From the NCBI GenBank assembly GCA_963745075.1, contig CAVUWV010000015.1:160001-224000 (forward strand): a stretch of DNA of 64,000 bases. Direction: 5' to 3'. The first letter of the stretch is position 1; each line of letters begins with the position of its first letter. The notes under the pieces were generated by a model, which was not told where the DNA came from, searched no databases, and saw only the letters and a program-made list of their open reading frames with translations. A program made the translations under genes and the position numbers. The stretch is from Candidatus Hydrogenedentota bacterium. Lineage in GTDB: Bacteria; Hydrogenedentota; Hydrogenedentia; Hydrogenedentales; SLHB01. Below, piece by piece: positions 29,860 to 40,125 of the stretch.

Positions 29860-32349
29860 TTACGAGTCTGCGGTGCAATTCACCGACAATTCACCTTTGG
29901 CGCCACCGACCAGCTCCGTCACCGTGACGTTCCATGTGCCGGGCGCATCGTTGATGGCCGGGACAAATCGATACACACATTCGCCCTCGCGCGTGGTGGC
30001 GTAACGGGACCACTCGCTGTCTTGACCGCGCGGGTCGGTTACGTCGATGCGGAGCGGATGATTGCTGTTGAACGGCTTTCCTGACGCACCGATCACCTCG
30101 ATCGTCAATTCCACGGGCTCGCCGGACTTGCATTCCAACGGCTCCGTCACGCGCACGCTACCGATCACTTCCGGCAGCGCCGCGACAAGTTTTCCGCGTG
30201 CGGCGGGAAGGTGCAGCGAAAACGCTGCGTGAGCGTCTTGCGTTTGATACTCGATCCGCTTGCGCTGAAGCATGTCGTAGAGCACCGGGCGATCGGTCAC
30301 GTCCACACTAACCTGCGCCGTCTGCGGGACGCCCAGTTCGAAACGCAGTTTCCATTGACCAAACCTGGCTCCATAAGTCCGGTCGTCGTTGACGAAAAAG
30401 TAGTAACGCGCGTCGCCCGCTTCGAGCGCGTTGGTGAGCACACGCAGACTCTCCGACGATGCCGGACGTACGACCCCGGCCAGCAGCGGCGCGAGTTCCT
30501 TCGCGTACCCTTCCATCATCTCGCGCATGGCTTCGGCCGTCATCGCGTCGCCCTCGGCCAAGGCCTTCCCGTCCACCTTAAGCTGTGGCGTGAAGTCGAA
30601 CGCGGTTCGCTGCACGTTCGGAATTGAGGCACGAAGTGATTGATCCGCGATCACCGTTCCGCCGTTCGCGGCAAACACCTTGATCCGGTCGACCATGGAT
30701 TGCGTCAAGGTGTCGGCTCTCGGCATGACAAGCACGCGGTACTGGTCCAGCGCGCCTTCGACGATGTCGTCGTCGAGGAGCACGTCGAAGGGTACGTGGT
30801 TCATCATCAACAATGTGGCGTAGGGCAACGTTTGTTCGTTCGGATAGCCGGGCAAACGCGGACTGGCCGAGAACCACGTCGATGCCGCCGACATCAATAC
30901 GGCCACCTCCGGATGCACGCGCCGGCTCGCGCGAATCATGGGGCCGAAAGGCTTCACCAATTCGTCGCAAGTTTGCCCGATTGCGTCGAAGGTTTCCGGC
31001 GAACTGTAGGTTGGGTCCAACGTCGGATTGTCGGGAGAGAGCCTGCCGGCCGAGTAATAGCACAGGATGTCCGGTCGCTGCGACACGACCAACCACGTGG
31101 CTTCCCGGGCATAGTCCGGCCCCGCCGTAAAATAGGGATCATTCCCCGCGAAGTCCTGGCTCATATCCGCGGTCGAGTCGTCCAGCGCCACCGCGTACCG
31201 TCCGTACACGAAGAGCGTAATATCCTGCTGCACAAACTGGTGCTCCGGTCGTGCCGCCGCCTGGAGGTACGTCGTGTAACACAGGCGTTTGATATCAGGA
31301 TGTCCGTAGGTCCAGGTCGCGATGCAGTCGAGCCCTTTCATGGCGTTCCGCACGGGCGCGAGCCGGTACGGTTCATGCCACGTAATCGCGTCAGGACGGA
31401 ACTCCTTCACGATGGCGTTCTGCGCCGCGTTCAAGACTGCCGTGCCGTGACCACGCTGCCACCACCATTGGAGAAATCGGTAATTCGGCTGATCGTCCGG
31501 AATGACGCCGTTCACGATGTCTTCCTTGGGGATGGGAATTAAACCGCCTTTGTCATTAAAGAATTGCCGAATGTCGAGTCCTATTTGATCCTGTGCGTCC
31601 TGAATGGCCGCCTCGTTGATGCAGAACGGGGTTTGCCATTCCGAATTGAACATGACGTGCCGCATGCCGGGATACTCGGCCCAGGCTTCCATACTCAAAC
31701 GCGTCACATCCGCCGCATGGGCAATAACCGCGGGCTCCAACGGATAAACCTTGTCGCTGCGTGTACCGTCCGGCAACAGCGCGAGACTATTCTTGTCCTG
31801 TTCCAGTTTCTCGGAGTCCAGCGTGCGAAAGTAAAGACCTAACTCAAAATCATGTCGCGTGGCGTTATCGAGGAGCTGGTCGTAGTTCCGGACCACGGAC
31901 GTATCCGGTGTAAAAGGATCCTTCGGCGCGAAGATGAAGGCCCCGGTGAACCCGCGTTGCTCCCACCACTCTGGATTCGCATTGCCGCCGCCCCACCGCC
32001 ATACCGGAATTCGTTCGCCGTCGTGGACGGGTGCGATCGTTATCGGAAGCACCGCTTCTTCACCGGCATCCGTACGCGCTCGCACGAGATAGTCGCCCGC
32101 GCGAAGTACCGACGAATCGATCGAATACTTGCCGGCCCCGTCGGTCACCGCAAGATCCTCCGGCAACCAGCCGTTGATATCCACGTGCACGGTCGCCACG
32201 CCGGGCGCGGACACTCTTACCGCGATCGTCTCGCTCCTCTCGAAGACCTGACGGTTCGAAGGAAGCTTCAACGCCAAGTCGGAATGTGCTCTACATAGGC
32301 AAAACGTCAGCGCAAACAGAGACACGAGCAGACACTGCGCGAATCGCAT
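29860..32349 (-). CDS. Secreted glycoside-hydrolase-like protein with GH42-type trimerisation (GATase-like) domain
   Basis: Signal peptide; FNSEW; VAVLMS..HVPFDVL..LDQYRVLVMP..FAANGGTVIAD. Confidence 0.6.
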   Translation of the reverse strand: MRFAQCLLVSLFALTFCLCRAHSDLALKLPSNRQVFERSETIAVRVSAPGVATVHVDINGWLPEDLAVTDGAGKYSIDSSVLRAGDYLVRARTDAGEEAVLPITIAPVHDGERIPVWRWGGGNANPEWWEQRGFTGAFIFAPKDPFTPDTSVVRNYDQLLDNATRHDFELGLYFRTLDSEKLEQDKNSLALLPDGTRSDKVYPLEPAVIAHAADVTRLSMEAWAEYPGMRHVMFNSEWQTPFCINEAAIQDAQDQIGLDIRQFFNDKGGLIPIPKEDIVNGVIPDDQPNYRFLQWWWQRGHGTAVLNAAQNAIVKEFRPDAITWHEPYRLAPVRNAMKGLDCIATWTYGHPDIKRLCYTTYLQAAARPEHQFVQQDITLFVYGRYAVALDDSTADMSQDFAGNDPYFTAGPDYAREATWLVVSQRPDILCYYSAGRLSPDNPTLDPTYSSPETFDAIGQTCDELVKPFGPMIRASRRVHPEVAVLMSAASTWFSASPRLPGYPNEQTLPYATLLMMNHVPFDVLLDDDIVEGALDQYRVLVMPRADTLTQSMVDRIKVFAANGGTVIADQSLRASIPNVQRTAFDFTPQLKVDGKALAEGDAMTAEAMREMMEGYAKELAPLLAGVVRPASSESLRVLTNALEAGDARYYFFVNDDRTYGARFGQWKLRFELGVPQTAQVSVDVTDRPVLYDMLQRKRIEYQTQDAHAAFSLHLPAARGKLVAALPEVIGSVRVTEPLECKSGEPVELTIEVIGASGKPFNSNHPLRIDVTDPRGQDSEWSRYATTREGECVYRFVPAINDAPGTWNVTVTELVGGAKGELSVNCTADS

Positions 32350-32361
32350 TGTTACCCCCTC

Positions 32362-35328
32362 TTACTTTCGAATAATCGCCGCCGACCAGTCTTCGCCTAT
32401 GCGCAGCTCCGTATACGTCTTGCCGTCGAGGGTCACGGTCGGCGCGGCAAAGTCCTCGACCTCCCGGCCTGTATCGTCAAACACATGGACCTCACGGTCC
32501 GACGCATCGCCCCAACCGTAGAGGCCGCTCGTCTTCGTAATGATGCGTTCGTTGCCGATGATATATCCCGCGTGCAGTTCCAGGGGCGTGATGGGATACA
32601 TGTATCGGGTCAGATGATGATGCGTGGGAATCACGTTCACGTCGTTGTACCAATGATAGACACAGCCGTAGTCCAACGCCGCCAGCATCGTGCGATACGC
32701 GTCGAGTTCGCTCCGTTCGGTCAGGTGATCGCCCAGGGCGATGGGCGAATAGAGATGGGCTTGCGTACAATGCGTGATACTTCCAGTCTCGACAAAACAT
32801 GGAAATTTCAAGGCGGCCATGGCCCGCGTACGCGGAGGGCCGTTGCCAATGAGCGGCCCGCGAGACAAGATGTATTTCGCGAGATCGAGACGCCACGGTT
32901 CGGTCAACAGTGTGACCGAAGACTTGAGCCGCGTCACGGTCATCTTGGTGGGATCGATGTCCCCGGTAAAGCGGTCCCACGGATCGCCGTAGTGGTACGC
33001 CCACCGGCTGTACTCGTGCTCGTCCCAGTAGACGCCTTCGGCCTTGATGTCATCGAGAATGACGTCGACGTTCTTCGCCACCGCCGGTCCATACGAATTG
33101 TCCTTCATCGGAAGATAGATCTTGTGCACTTCCTGACCGTAATCCGCCTGTGAGCCGTCAGGCCGCAGCAGACGGGCGTCGGCAAATCGCTCCGGACCGT
33201 CCTCCGTCACGTCGATGAAGCAGTGAAAGTAGACGAGATTCTGCACGCCCGGCACCAACGCCCGGCGGCGCGCGAAGGCATTGCGGTAGTTGTCGTGAGT
33301 GATGCGTTGGAAGGCCGTGCCGTGCGGGTACTCGCCGTTGTACCGGGGATAATCGATGGATGCGCAAACGTATTTCGCGTCTTTGAACGTGATGAAGTTC
33401 GCGGTCTGTTCATCGGTCCAATCGTCCGTTAACGGACCCGCGCGGAAAAAGGCGAAGGCGCCATCGATGAGAAAGTTCGCGCCCACCAGGGGCCGGGCGA
33501 TATTGATAAAACGCCAATAATCCGGCGTATCTGACGGCACAATGGCCCACTCGGCGGTAAACGTCGCGTCCGGCGGCACCACGAGGTTGTTGTCGGCAAG
33601 GCCCACTGTCCCATCGACGCCGTAGTTCGTAATGTGATTTCGCATGACGTCACTCAACGGCAGGAGGCCAATTCCCGACGTGGCAGTGGTGGCGAATGTC
33701 GTCGGGTTGGCCGGCTCGTTTCCCGAACCGCTTAAGGCGGCTTGTTCGAGGCCGGAGAGCCACAGTCCTTTCAAGCGCGGGCCAAGCGCCACCTCGTGGC
33801 GTTGCATGATGGGCAGATTCTCGCTCGTGCGATTGGTAAACGTGTCGCGCACCACGACGGCGCCGTCGCCTTCCTCCATCGTCCGGGTATAGTCGAAGTA
33901 ATCATTCGCGCCGTGCACCCATTCCGGTTTCGGCGTCGAGAACCGCGAGGCGACCGTGTACACGTCGTCGCCGACTGTCACCGTGACTACGCCGTTCCCT
34001 TCCTCTTCGGCGCTAAACTCGACCGTCCGGCGCACTGGTTCGTATCGTTCCAGTGGGCCGGAAGGGGGACCCGCTTTTGCCTCCGCCGGAGGCGCGGGTG
34101 CTCGAAACAGCAGCTTTCCGTCCCCGGCCACAAGGACATTGTCGACCGATTCCGCTGCGGCATTTGCAATGCGAAGCGTATTGTCCCCCGGATGAATCAG
34201 GTCCGTCACATTCAACTCGAAGTCACAGGCCTTGATTCCGTCCAGCAGACCGTAATGGTTGTCCGTGTCCGGGCTTTCAAAATCTGGGCTGTAATACGTT
34301 GAATACCGGTCCCCCGCCGCCATGGAATACACTTGGCCACCGCGCGATTTAGCGCGCAACGGTTTGTTGACGAGTCGATCGCTGCTGAGGGTTTCCCCAT
34401 TGACGGAGACCTGCAACGCGGGTGTATGACCCGCAACGCGATCCGTTTGCATCCGGGCTTTCAGAGCTACGATCGTGTCGCGACCTTCCGGAACGCCATC
34501 GACCTTAAACGCAAACTCCTTTGACGCCCCGCGCTCCAGTTCGACGGTATCGTAGATCGTCAACTCGGATGCCGCCGGCTTTGCGACGCCGTCTGCGCCC
34601 GCAAGCGCGGCAAATCGCAGGCGTGAGCGGGTATGCTCCCACTTCGCGGATGATGTCGTCATTAGCGATTCTTGCGCGGGTTCCGAACTGTCCGTGTCGG
34701 AAAGCCCCACCTCGACCCGCAGCGTCATGCCTTCCGCGGGTTGCGGCACACCGAGCAAGGTCCACGGGATCGCGGCTTCCAACGTGTACCCATGTTCGGT
34801 CTGCTTGGACGCGACCAAGGCGCCCGCAGCGGGACCTTTCAGGGGCCGGTACACGAATACCTCCGGCTCGGTATCAATGAGCGGGTCGCCGGTTTCCCCG
34901 AAGTTTCCGGGGCTGATCGCAATCTGAAACTGACCTTCGCCGAAAGAATTCCGATCCGGCTCAACCTCGGGCGACACGTCCAAATAGAGCTCGATGTGAT
35001 CGCCCTTCCACAGCGAATCCCCGCGCTGGGTCTGCCGAATCATGTCGTCCGTTACCTCGGCGGCAACAAACAGATATTCATTCCGCCAGGCGATGTGAAC
35101 GGTTCCGCTGAGGTCGGCCGCATCGTTCCACATGCCCGCACCCCACACGACCTGCGCCGCGTCGCTCAACGTCATCGCGTTGGGCACGACATTCCAGTCC
35201 CCGAGATCTCCGTCTACGGCGATGGGCGGGTCCGGCTTAAGTGGAATGCCGATGATGTCTTCGGCGATAGCTTGGCATGCCACCACGACGCAGACAACCA
35301 ACAACGATGCGATGAATACTCTCTTCAT
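32362..35328 (-). CDS. Secreted protein with N-terminal CBM9-like sugar-binding domain and putative glycoside hydrolase barrel
   Basis: Signal peptide MKRVFIASLL; PIAVDGDLGDW, YLFVAAEVTDD, WKGDHIELYLD, YTLEAAIPW; GVYWDE in the C-terminal part. Confidence 0.7.
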   Translation of the reverse strand: MKRVFIASLLVVCVVVACQAIAEDIIGIPLKPDPPIAVDGDLGDWNVVPNAMTLSDAAQVVWGAGMWNDAADLSGTVHIAWRNEYLFVAAEVTDDMIRQTQRGDSLWKGDHIELYLDVSPEVEPDRNSFGEGQFQIAISPGNFGETGDPLIDTEPEVFVYRPLKGPAAGALVASKQTEHGYTLEAAIPWTLLGVPQPAEGMTLRVEVGLSDTDSSEPAQESLMTTSSAKWEHTRSRLRFAALAGADGVAKPAASELTIYDTVELERGASKEFAFKVDGVPEGRDTIVALKARMQTDRVAGHTPALQVSVNGETLSSDRLVNKPLRAKSRGGQVYSMAAGDRYSTYYSPDFESPDTDNHYGLLDGIKACDFELNVTDLIHPGDNTLRIANAAAESVDNVLVAGDGKLLFRAPAPPAEAKAGPPSGPLERYEPVRRTVEFSAEEEGNGVVTVTVGDDVYTVASRFSTPKPEWVHGANDYFDYTRTMEEGDGAVVVRDTFTNRTSENLPIMQRHEVALGPRLKGLWLSGLEQAALSGSGNEPANPTTFATTATSGIGLLPLSDVMRNHITNYGVDGTVGLADNNLVVPPDATFTAEWAIVPSDTPDYWRFINIARPLVGANFLIDGAFAFFRAGPLTDDWTDEQTANFITFKDAKYVCASIDYPRYNGEYPHGTAFQRITHDNYRNAFARRRALVPGVQNLVYFHCFIDVTEDGPERFADARLLRPDGSQADYGQEVHKIYLPMKDNSYGPAVAKNVDVILDDIKAEGVYWDEHEYSRWAYHYGDPWDRFTGDIDPTKMTVTRLKSSVTLLTEPWRLDLAKYILSRGPLIGNGPPRTRAMAALKFPCFVETGSITHCTQAHLYSPIALGDHLTERSELDAYRTMLAALDYGCVYHWYNDVNVIPTHHHLTRYMYPITPLELHAGYIIGNERIITKTSGLYGWGDASDREVHVFDDTGREVEDFAAPTVTLDGKTYTELRIGEDWSAAIIRK

Positions 35329-35453
35329 TTGATATACCCCGGCAAGCGATGTGGGCGTTTCCGCGTCAGGCCAGCATAGCAGGTGAAGTATTGGCGGGAC
35401 CAATCGCCGCGGCAGGGACAACGTATCCTTCCCCTGTCGTCGGGCAATCGCTG

Positions 35454-36836
35454 CTATTCGTGTACGAGCAGCTTTCGGAGCGAGCCGAGCAACACGTCCT
35501 CAACCCTAGGCGAAGTGAGAGACGCCTCCGGGCTGGTCTCGTAGCCGCCTTCGGCGTAGGCGACCGCCGTGCCAATGTAACCGGGCCCGCAATCCCCGTA
35601 GGCCGCCATGCAGACCATAATGTCCGGACGGAGCGCCTGGGCGGCCAACTGGTATTCGACAAACAACTCGCCGGGCATGTGAACGATGGCGACGGGACCC
35701 AGGTTGAGCAGGCCAATCGTAATCTTCTTGCCCTCTGCGACGCGTTCCCGGTATGCGATTTCGCCGATGGCGCTCATGCGGACGTTCTCCTCGGCATTCT
35801 CGTCCATGAATTTGGCCCGTTCCGCTTCCAGCGTCGTTCCTTCGCGGGGCGGCAATACAACGTCGTCGGCGACCCATTCCACGTCACTTGCGGAAAGCGG
35901 ATACTTCGTCGTATTCTCCCAAGCACGCCGCATCCCGTCCGCGAGCCGGCCGGCGAGTACCGGCCGGTTCTGAGGAGAGCCGTCATTCCATTTTCCCGCG
36001 CCGAGGTTGCCGCCCGCACCGTCAAAGTGTATGCAGGTCACGCCGGGTAAGGCCTTTTCGCGCATGGACCGCGCTATTCCGGGAAAGTCGGCGCTTATCA
36101 TTCCCTGGCCGTAATGACTCTGGGGATGGGTCGCGTAATAGGTCATGACAACCAACGGCGTGTCGCCATCCCAAAAGCTCACCGCTTTCAAATACGGATC
36201 GATGGTGCCCACCGGAAACGCACGGACTTCCGGATCTGCCGTCGCCGTCCAGCGCATGAATTGAACCTTGCCGTCCGGCCCGAGGATGCGCCGGTTGGAA
36301 GCTACGTTTTCGACCTCCGCCCCGCCGATGCCCACCTGCGTGATCGGGTGCGGATGTTTGATTGCCTCCGCAACTTCGTTGGCGGTGCGCCGGATGCAAT
36401 CGCGCGCAAACGCCGGGTCGAACATCGTTCCGCCAACCCCTTGCGACGCGGCGAGGTCTTCCATCGTAAAGTCGCAAAAGGGGGCGTCGTGCTGATGCAG
36501 CGTGTGAACGGAAACCCGCGACACATCCGTGTTCGCTGATTCCGCGATGGCCTCCCGCCACGCATCGTGCCCGCCGTTCGCGATGCTGACCCAGTCAATG
36601 GCGCACAAAACAATTGGCTTTTGTCCCGCCGGAAGAATGACAATCCCTCGCGCGCTCAGTGGATCGGTCACCGCCCGGGCGGGCATGCGGGCCCCGCCAC
36701 AGAGGACGGAACCCAACGGCGGCGTGACTTCCGCCTGGAACGTGGCGATGGATACGTCCTGGCAAAACGCCACAGGGGCGACCAGTACCGTCAATAGAAC
36801 AATCGCAAATCCGAACCGTCGCATCGTCACGTTCAC
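35454..36836 (-). CDS. Secreted neutral/alkaline ceramidase-like amidohydrolase, paralogue 1
   Basis: DPLSARGIV, HTLHQHDAP, YYATHPQS, SADFPG, GAGGN, HMPGELFVEYQL, GGYE. Confidence 0.7.
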   Translation of the reverse strand: MNVTMRRFGFAIVLLTVLVAPVAFCQDVSIATFQAEVTPPLGSVLCGGARMPARAVTDPLSARGIVILPAGQKPIVLCAIDWVSIANGGHDAWREAIAESANTDVSRVSVHTLHQHDAPFCDFTMEDLAASQGVGGTMFDPAFARDCIRRTANEVAEAIKHPHPITQVGIGGAEVENVASNRRILGPDGKVQFMRWTATADPEVRAFPVGTIDPYLKAVSFWDGDTPLVVMTYYATHPQSHYGQGMISADFPGIARSMREKALPGVTCIHFDGAGGNLGAGKWNDGSPQNRPVLAGRLADGMRRAWENTTKYPLSASDVEWVADDVVLPPREGTTLEAERAKFMDENAEENVRMSAIGEIAYRERVAEGKKITIGLLNLGPVAIVHMPGELFVEYQLAAQALRPDIMVCMAAYGDCGPGYIGTAVAYAEGGYETSPEASLTSPRVEDVLLGSLRKLLVHE

Positions 36837-36861
36837 TACCCCCTCCTTGTGTCGGCCACCG

Positions 36862-38232
36862 CTACCGTTGGAGCAACTTCCGTAGCGACCCCATCAACAC
36901 TTCCTCCACGGCAGGCGCGGTGCGGGAAACGTACAACCCGGTCTCGTATCCGCCCTCGTCGTATGCCACGGCGGTACCGATGTAGCCGGGACCGTAATCT
37001 CCGTACGCCGCCATGCAGACCAGGATTTCTGGACGCAGCGCTTGTGCCGCCAGTTGGTACTCCACAAAAAGTTCTCCCGGCATGTGGAGCACATACGCCG
37101 GACCGAGTTTAAGCAACCCGATTGTGATCTTCTTCCCCGCCTCGTGGCGTTCAAGAAAGGCCACCTCGCGAGCAGCCCCCATACGGGCATTATCATCCAG
37201 ACTCGTGTCGGTAAGACGTTTCCGTTCGCCGTCGAGTGTGATCTCCTCGCGCGGCGGCAGTACAACTTCGTCGGTAATCCACTCCACATCGGTCGCGGCC
37301 AACGGCGTTCTTTTCGTATTCTCCCAAGCTTTCCGCATGCCGTCGGCAAGGCGGCCGGCCAGGACCGGACGGTTCTCAGGTGCTCCGTCGTTCCACTTCC
37401 CCGCGCCGATGTTACCTCCCGCGCCGTCGAAGTGGATAAACGCGACGCCCGGTATTTCTTTTTCCCGCATGGATCGCGCCATGCCCGGGAAATCGGCGCT
37501 GACCATCCCTTCCCCATAATGGCTCTGTGGATGGGTTGCGTAGTAGGTCATAACCACGAGCGGTTTGTCGCCGTCCCAAAAGCTGATGGCCTTCAACATG
37601 GGATCGATGGTGCCCACGGGGAAGGCGCGCACCTTCGGGTCCGTGGTCGCCGTCCAGCGAACGTATTGCACTTTGCCGTCGGGCCCGAGGATACGCCGAT
37701 TGGAAGCCACCTTCTCGACTTCGGCTTGGCCGATGCCGATGTAAGTGACTGGCTGCGGGTTCTTCATGGCTTCGACCACCGCATCGGCGGTCCGTTGAAT
37801 GCACTCGTGCGCAAATTCGACATTGAACATCCGCCCGCTCATGCCCTGCCCGGCAATCAGTCGTTCCGTATCGAAATCGCAGAACGGCGCATCGTGCTGA
37901 TGCAACGTATGGACGGACACGCGGGACACGTCCGTCTTCGCCGCTTCGGCCAAGGCGGTCTCCCAATCGTCGTGGCCGCCATTCGCGATACCGACCCAAT
38001 CGACGGCGCACAAGACGATAGGGTCCTGCCCCTCGGGCAGGATGACGATCCCGCGCGCGCTGAGGGGATCCGTGATTTCCTTGGCGGGCTTGACGGCGCC
38101 TCCGCACAACGGCGCTCCCAACGGCGGCGTTGCGTCGACCCGGTACGTCGCAATTGCCACGTCCTGCGCCATCGCATACGGAACCGCAATGAACGTCAGT
38201 ATCACGAGAATGGATTGGAAACGTCGCATCAT
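36862..38232 (-). CDS. Secreted neutral/alkaline ceramidase-like amidohydrolase, paralogue 2
   Basis: Same motifs and collinear with 35454..36836 along its whole length. Confidence 0.7.
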   Translation of the reverse strand: MMRRFQSILVILTFIAVPYAMAQDVAIATYRVDATPPLGAPLCGGAVKPAKEITDPLSARGIVILPEGQDPIVLCAVDWVGIANGGHDDWETALAEAAKTDVSRVSVHTLHQHDAPFCDFDTERLIAGQGMSGRMFNVEFAHECIQRTADAVVEAMKNPQPVTYIGIGQAEVEKVASNRRILGPDGKVQYVRWTATTDPKVRAFPVGTIDPMLKAISFWDGDKPLVVMTYYATHPQSHYGEGMVSADFPGMARSMREKEIPGVAFIHFDGAGGNIGAGKWNDGAPENRPVLAGRLADGMRKAWENTKRTPLAATDVEWITDEVVLPPREEITLDGERKRLTDTSLDDNARMGAAREVAFLERHEAGKKITIGLLKLGPAYVLHMPGELFVEYQLAAQALRPEILVCMAAYGDYGPGYIGTAVAYDEGGYETGLYVSRTAPAVEEVLMGSLRKLLQR

Positions 38233-38280
38233 TCCTCCAATTCCGGTTCGGTTGACCTTTGCGCTGTTTGGCGCAGTGTA

Positions 38281-39189
38281 TCATGCCGCGTCGGCTGGAG
38301 CCTCCTTTGTCTCGCGATGTGCGTCGAGAAAAGTCTTGATATCGGCGAGCAATTCGCTGCCCAGCGCGGTAAGATGATTTGCGCCCTCAATGTACTTCAC
38401 TTCGTGATTCGACATGACCCCCGTGAGCCGGTCCACGCCGGCCCGCAACGGGTCTTCGGTCCCCACCACGGACAGCGTCGGCACCGTATTCGCACGAAGT
38501 TCGTCTTCGGTAACGGCTAACTCCCCCATACTCCGGATCACGGCCGCGAGGGCCTTCGGATCATTGATGGAATTCAGTTGCCAGTTCGTCAACCGTGTCG
38601 CGAGCCATCCCGGTCCTTTCCCCTCGGGATCGAGCATGACGAACAGGGGCCGAAAATCGCCCCGGGATTCGAGCGCCTCGGCGAGGCGTTCCCGAAAGTC
38701 GGACCCTTCACCGGGCGGTCCCCAACCGGCCCCACACGGCGCGGCGCTGATTACCCGCTCCGGATACATGGCGAGCAACTTCAACGTGATGAAGCCCCCC
38801 ATCGAATATCCCACGATATGGGCCTTTTCTATCTCGAGGTGGTCCATCAGACGAACCACGTCATCCACCATCTTGATCCCGTATTGATCCGAGTCGTGGG
38901 GTTTGCCGCTGAGCCCGTGACCGCGCGCGTCCAGCGCTATCACGCGATAGTCCCGGGCCAGCGCCTCGGTAATGCCCGGAACGCGCCAATTCAGGTCCGC
39001 GTTCGCCGCGAACCCGTGAATGAGAATGACCGGTTCGCCTTGCCCCTCGACCGTGTAGTGAATGCGGATGCCGTCGGAATCGAAGAACTGGCCAACGACG
39101 CGGTGGTGCCACCGGTACGCAAAAAACGCATAGCCTGCGCCCAGCAATAACACCAACACCAGAATCGTAACTGCGATCCGCGTCTTCAC
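38281..39189 (-). CDS. Alpha/beta hydrolase with N-terminal membrane anchor
   Basis: LIHGF, DARGHGLS, GYSMGG nucleophile elbow, GTED, GANH. Confidence 0.92.
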   Translation of the reverse strand: MKTRIAVTILVLVLLLGAGYAFFAYRWHHRVVGQFFDSDGIRIHYTVEGQGEPVILIHGFAANADLNWRVPGITEALARDYRVIALDARGHGLSGKPHDSDQYGIKMVDDVVRLMDHLEIEKAHIVGYSMGGFITLKLLAMYPERVISAAPCGAGWGPPGEGSDFRERLAEALESRGDFRPLFVMLDPEGKGPGWLATRLTNWQLNSINDPKALAAVIRSMGELAVTEDELRANTVPTLSVVGTEDPLRAGVDRLTGVMSNHEVKYIEGANHLTALGSELLADIKTFLDAHRETKEAPADAA

Positions 39190-39224
39190 GAGCGTGTTAC
39201 TCCGTCGATTCCTCTGAAACAGAA

Positions 39225-39266
39225 GAGCCGCCGTCGCGCCCGGCATGCCTCACGCGACGGCGGCTC
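39225..39266 (-). terminator. Probable intrinsic terminator hairpin after the HEAT-repeat gene
   Basis: Perfect 14 bp stem GAGCCGCCGTCGCG/CGCGACGGCGGCTC followed by TTCTGTTT on the minus strand. Confidence 0.6.
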
Positions 39267-39283
39267 AATACCATCCAACGTGA

Positions 39284-40060
39284 CTACATTCCCGCTTTGC
39301 CGAGGCCGATCTCTGCGGCCTTCCGTACGGGCGCCTCTTCCTTATCCCCAGTCAGGGCCTTGTAAATCGTTGCGGCATCCGCGGCGTTACCGGACGCAAG
39401 CAAATCCTCAGCCACGAGAAGTTGGGCGTCGGACACGGATCGTGCCAGGCTCGGATCGACGTTGCCCTTGACCTTGTACAGCGCCTTCGCAGCGTCCTTA
39501 CCGCCGATCTTGCCAATCGCCGCAATGGCGCACTCGGCCACGACATGATCGTCGCCGGTTGCGAGCTTGCTCAATGGCTTCAACGCGGCTGCCGTGCGAC
39601 GGTCACCCAGGGAATTGATGACCCCCGGAATGGATACCGAGTCGGCGTTGTCCAACGCATTCAACAGCACGGCGTCGGCCTTCGCACCCTGCATGCGCTG
39701 GATTGCATACCGGGCCATGTCGGCCGTACGGGCGTCCAACAGCAACGGTTCAAGCGCGGGAAGGTTCTCCTCCGAACCGATCACCGCGAGCTGCCGGCAC
39801 ACGAACTGTTTGCCGTCCATCGTCGTGTTTCCGGAAAGCAACCCTTCGAGCGCATGAGCGATTCCACGGCGCTCCCGATCTTTGTCGATGTACATCCGGA
39901 CCCAGTCCTCCGCGACCAGCAGGGGCACCCGGCTCTTTCCGTATTCGTACGTCGCAATTTGTTGAAGCAATTCATCGGCGGTCAGCGCCGAAGCCGGGAT
40001 CGCCATCATCGCGGCGCATCCCAGCGCGAGTATCGTCCCAAACGTCTTCGTTCTCTTCAT
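39284..40060 (-). CDS. Secreted HEAT-repeat protein
   Basis: Signal peptide; CRQLAVIG, ARYAIQRM, INSLGDRR, AIAAIGKIGG repeats. Confidence 0.85.
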   Translation of the reverse strand: MKRTKTFGTILALGCAAMMAIPASALTADELLQQIATYEYGKSRVPLLVAEDWVRMYIDKDRERRGIAHALEGLLSGNTTMDGKQFVCRQLAVIGSEENLPALEPLLLDARTADMARYAIQRMQGAKADAVLLNALDNADSVSIPGVINSLGDRRTAAALKPLSKLATGDDHVVAECAIAAIGKIGGKDAAKALYKVKGNVDPSLARSVSDAQLLVAEDLLASGNAADAATIYKALTGDKEEAPVRKAAEIGLGKAGM

Positions 40061-40125
40061 CGTTATCCCCTTGCACATATGGTGTGCTTCGTTATTGATC
40101 CTTCATCTTCGTACACGCCGCGACA

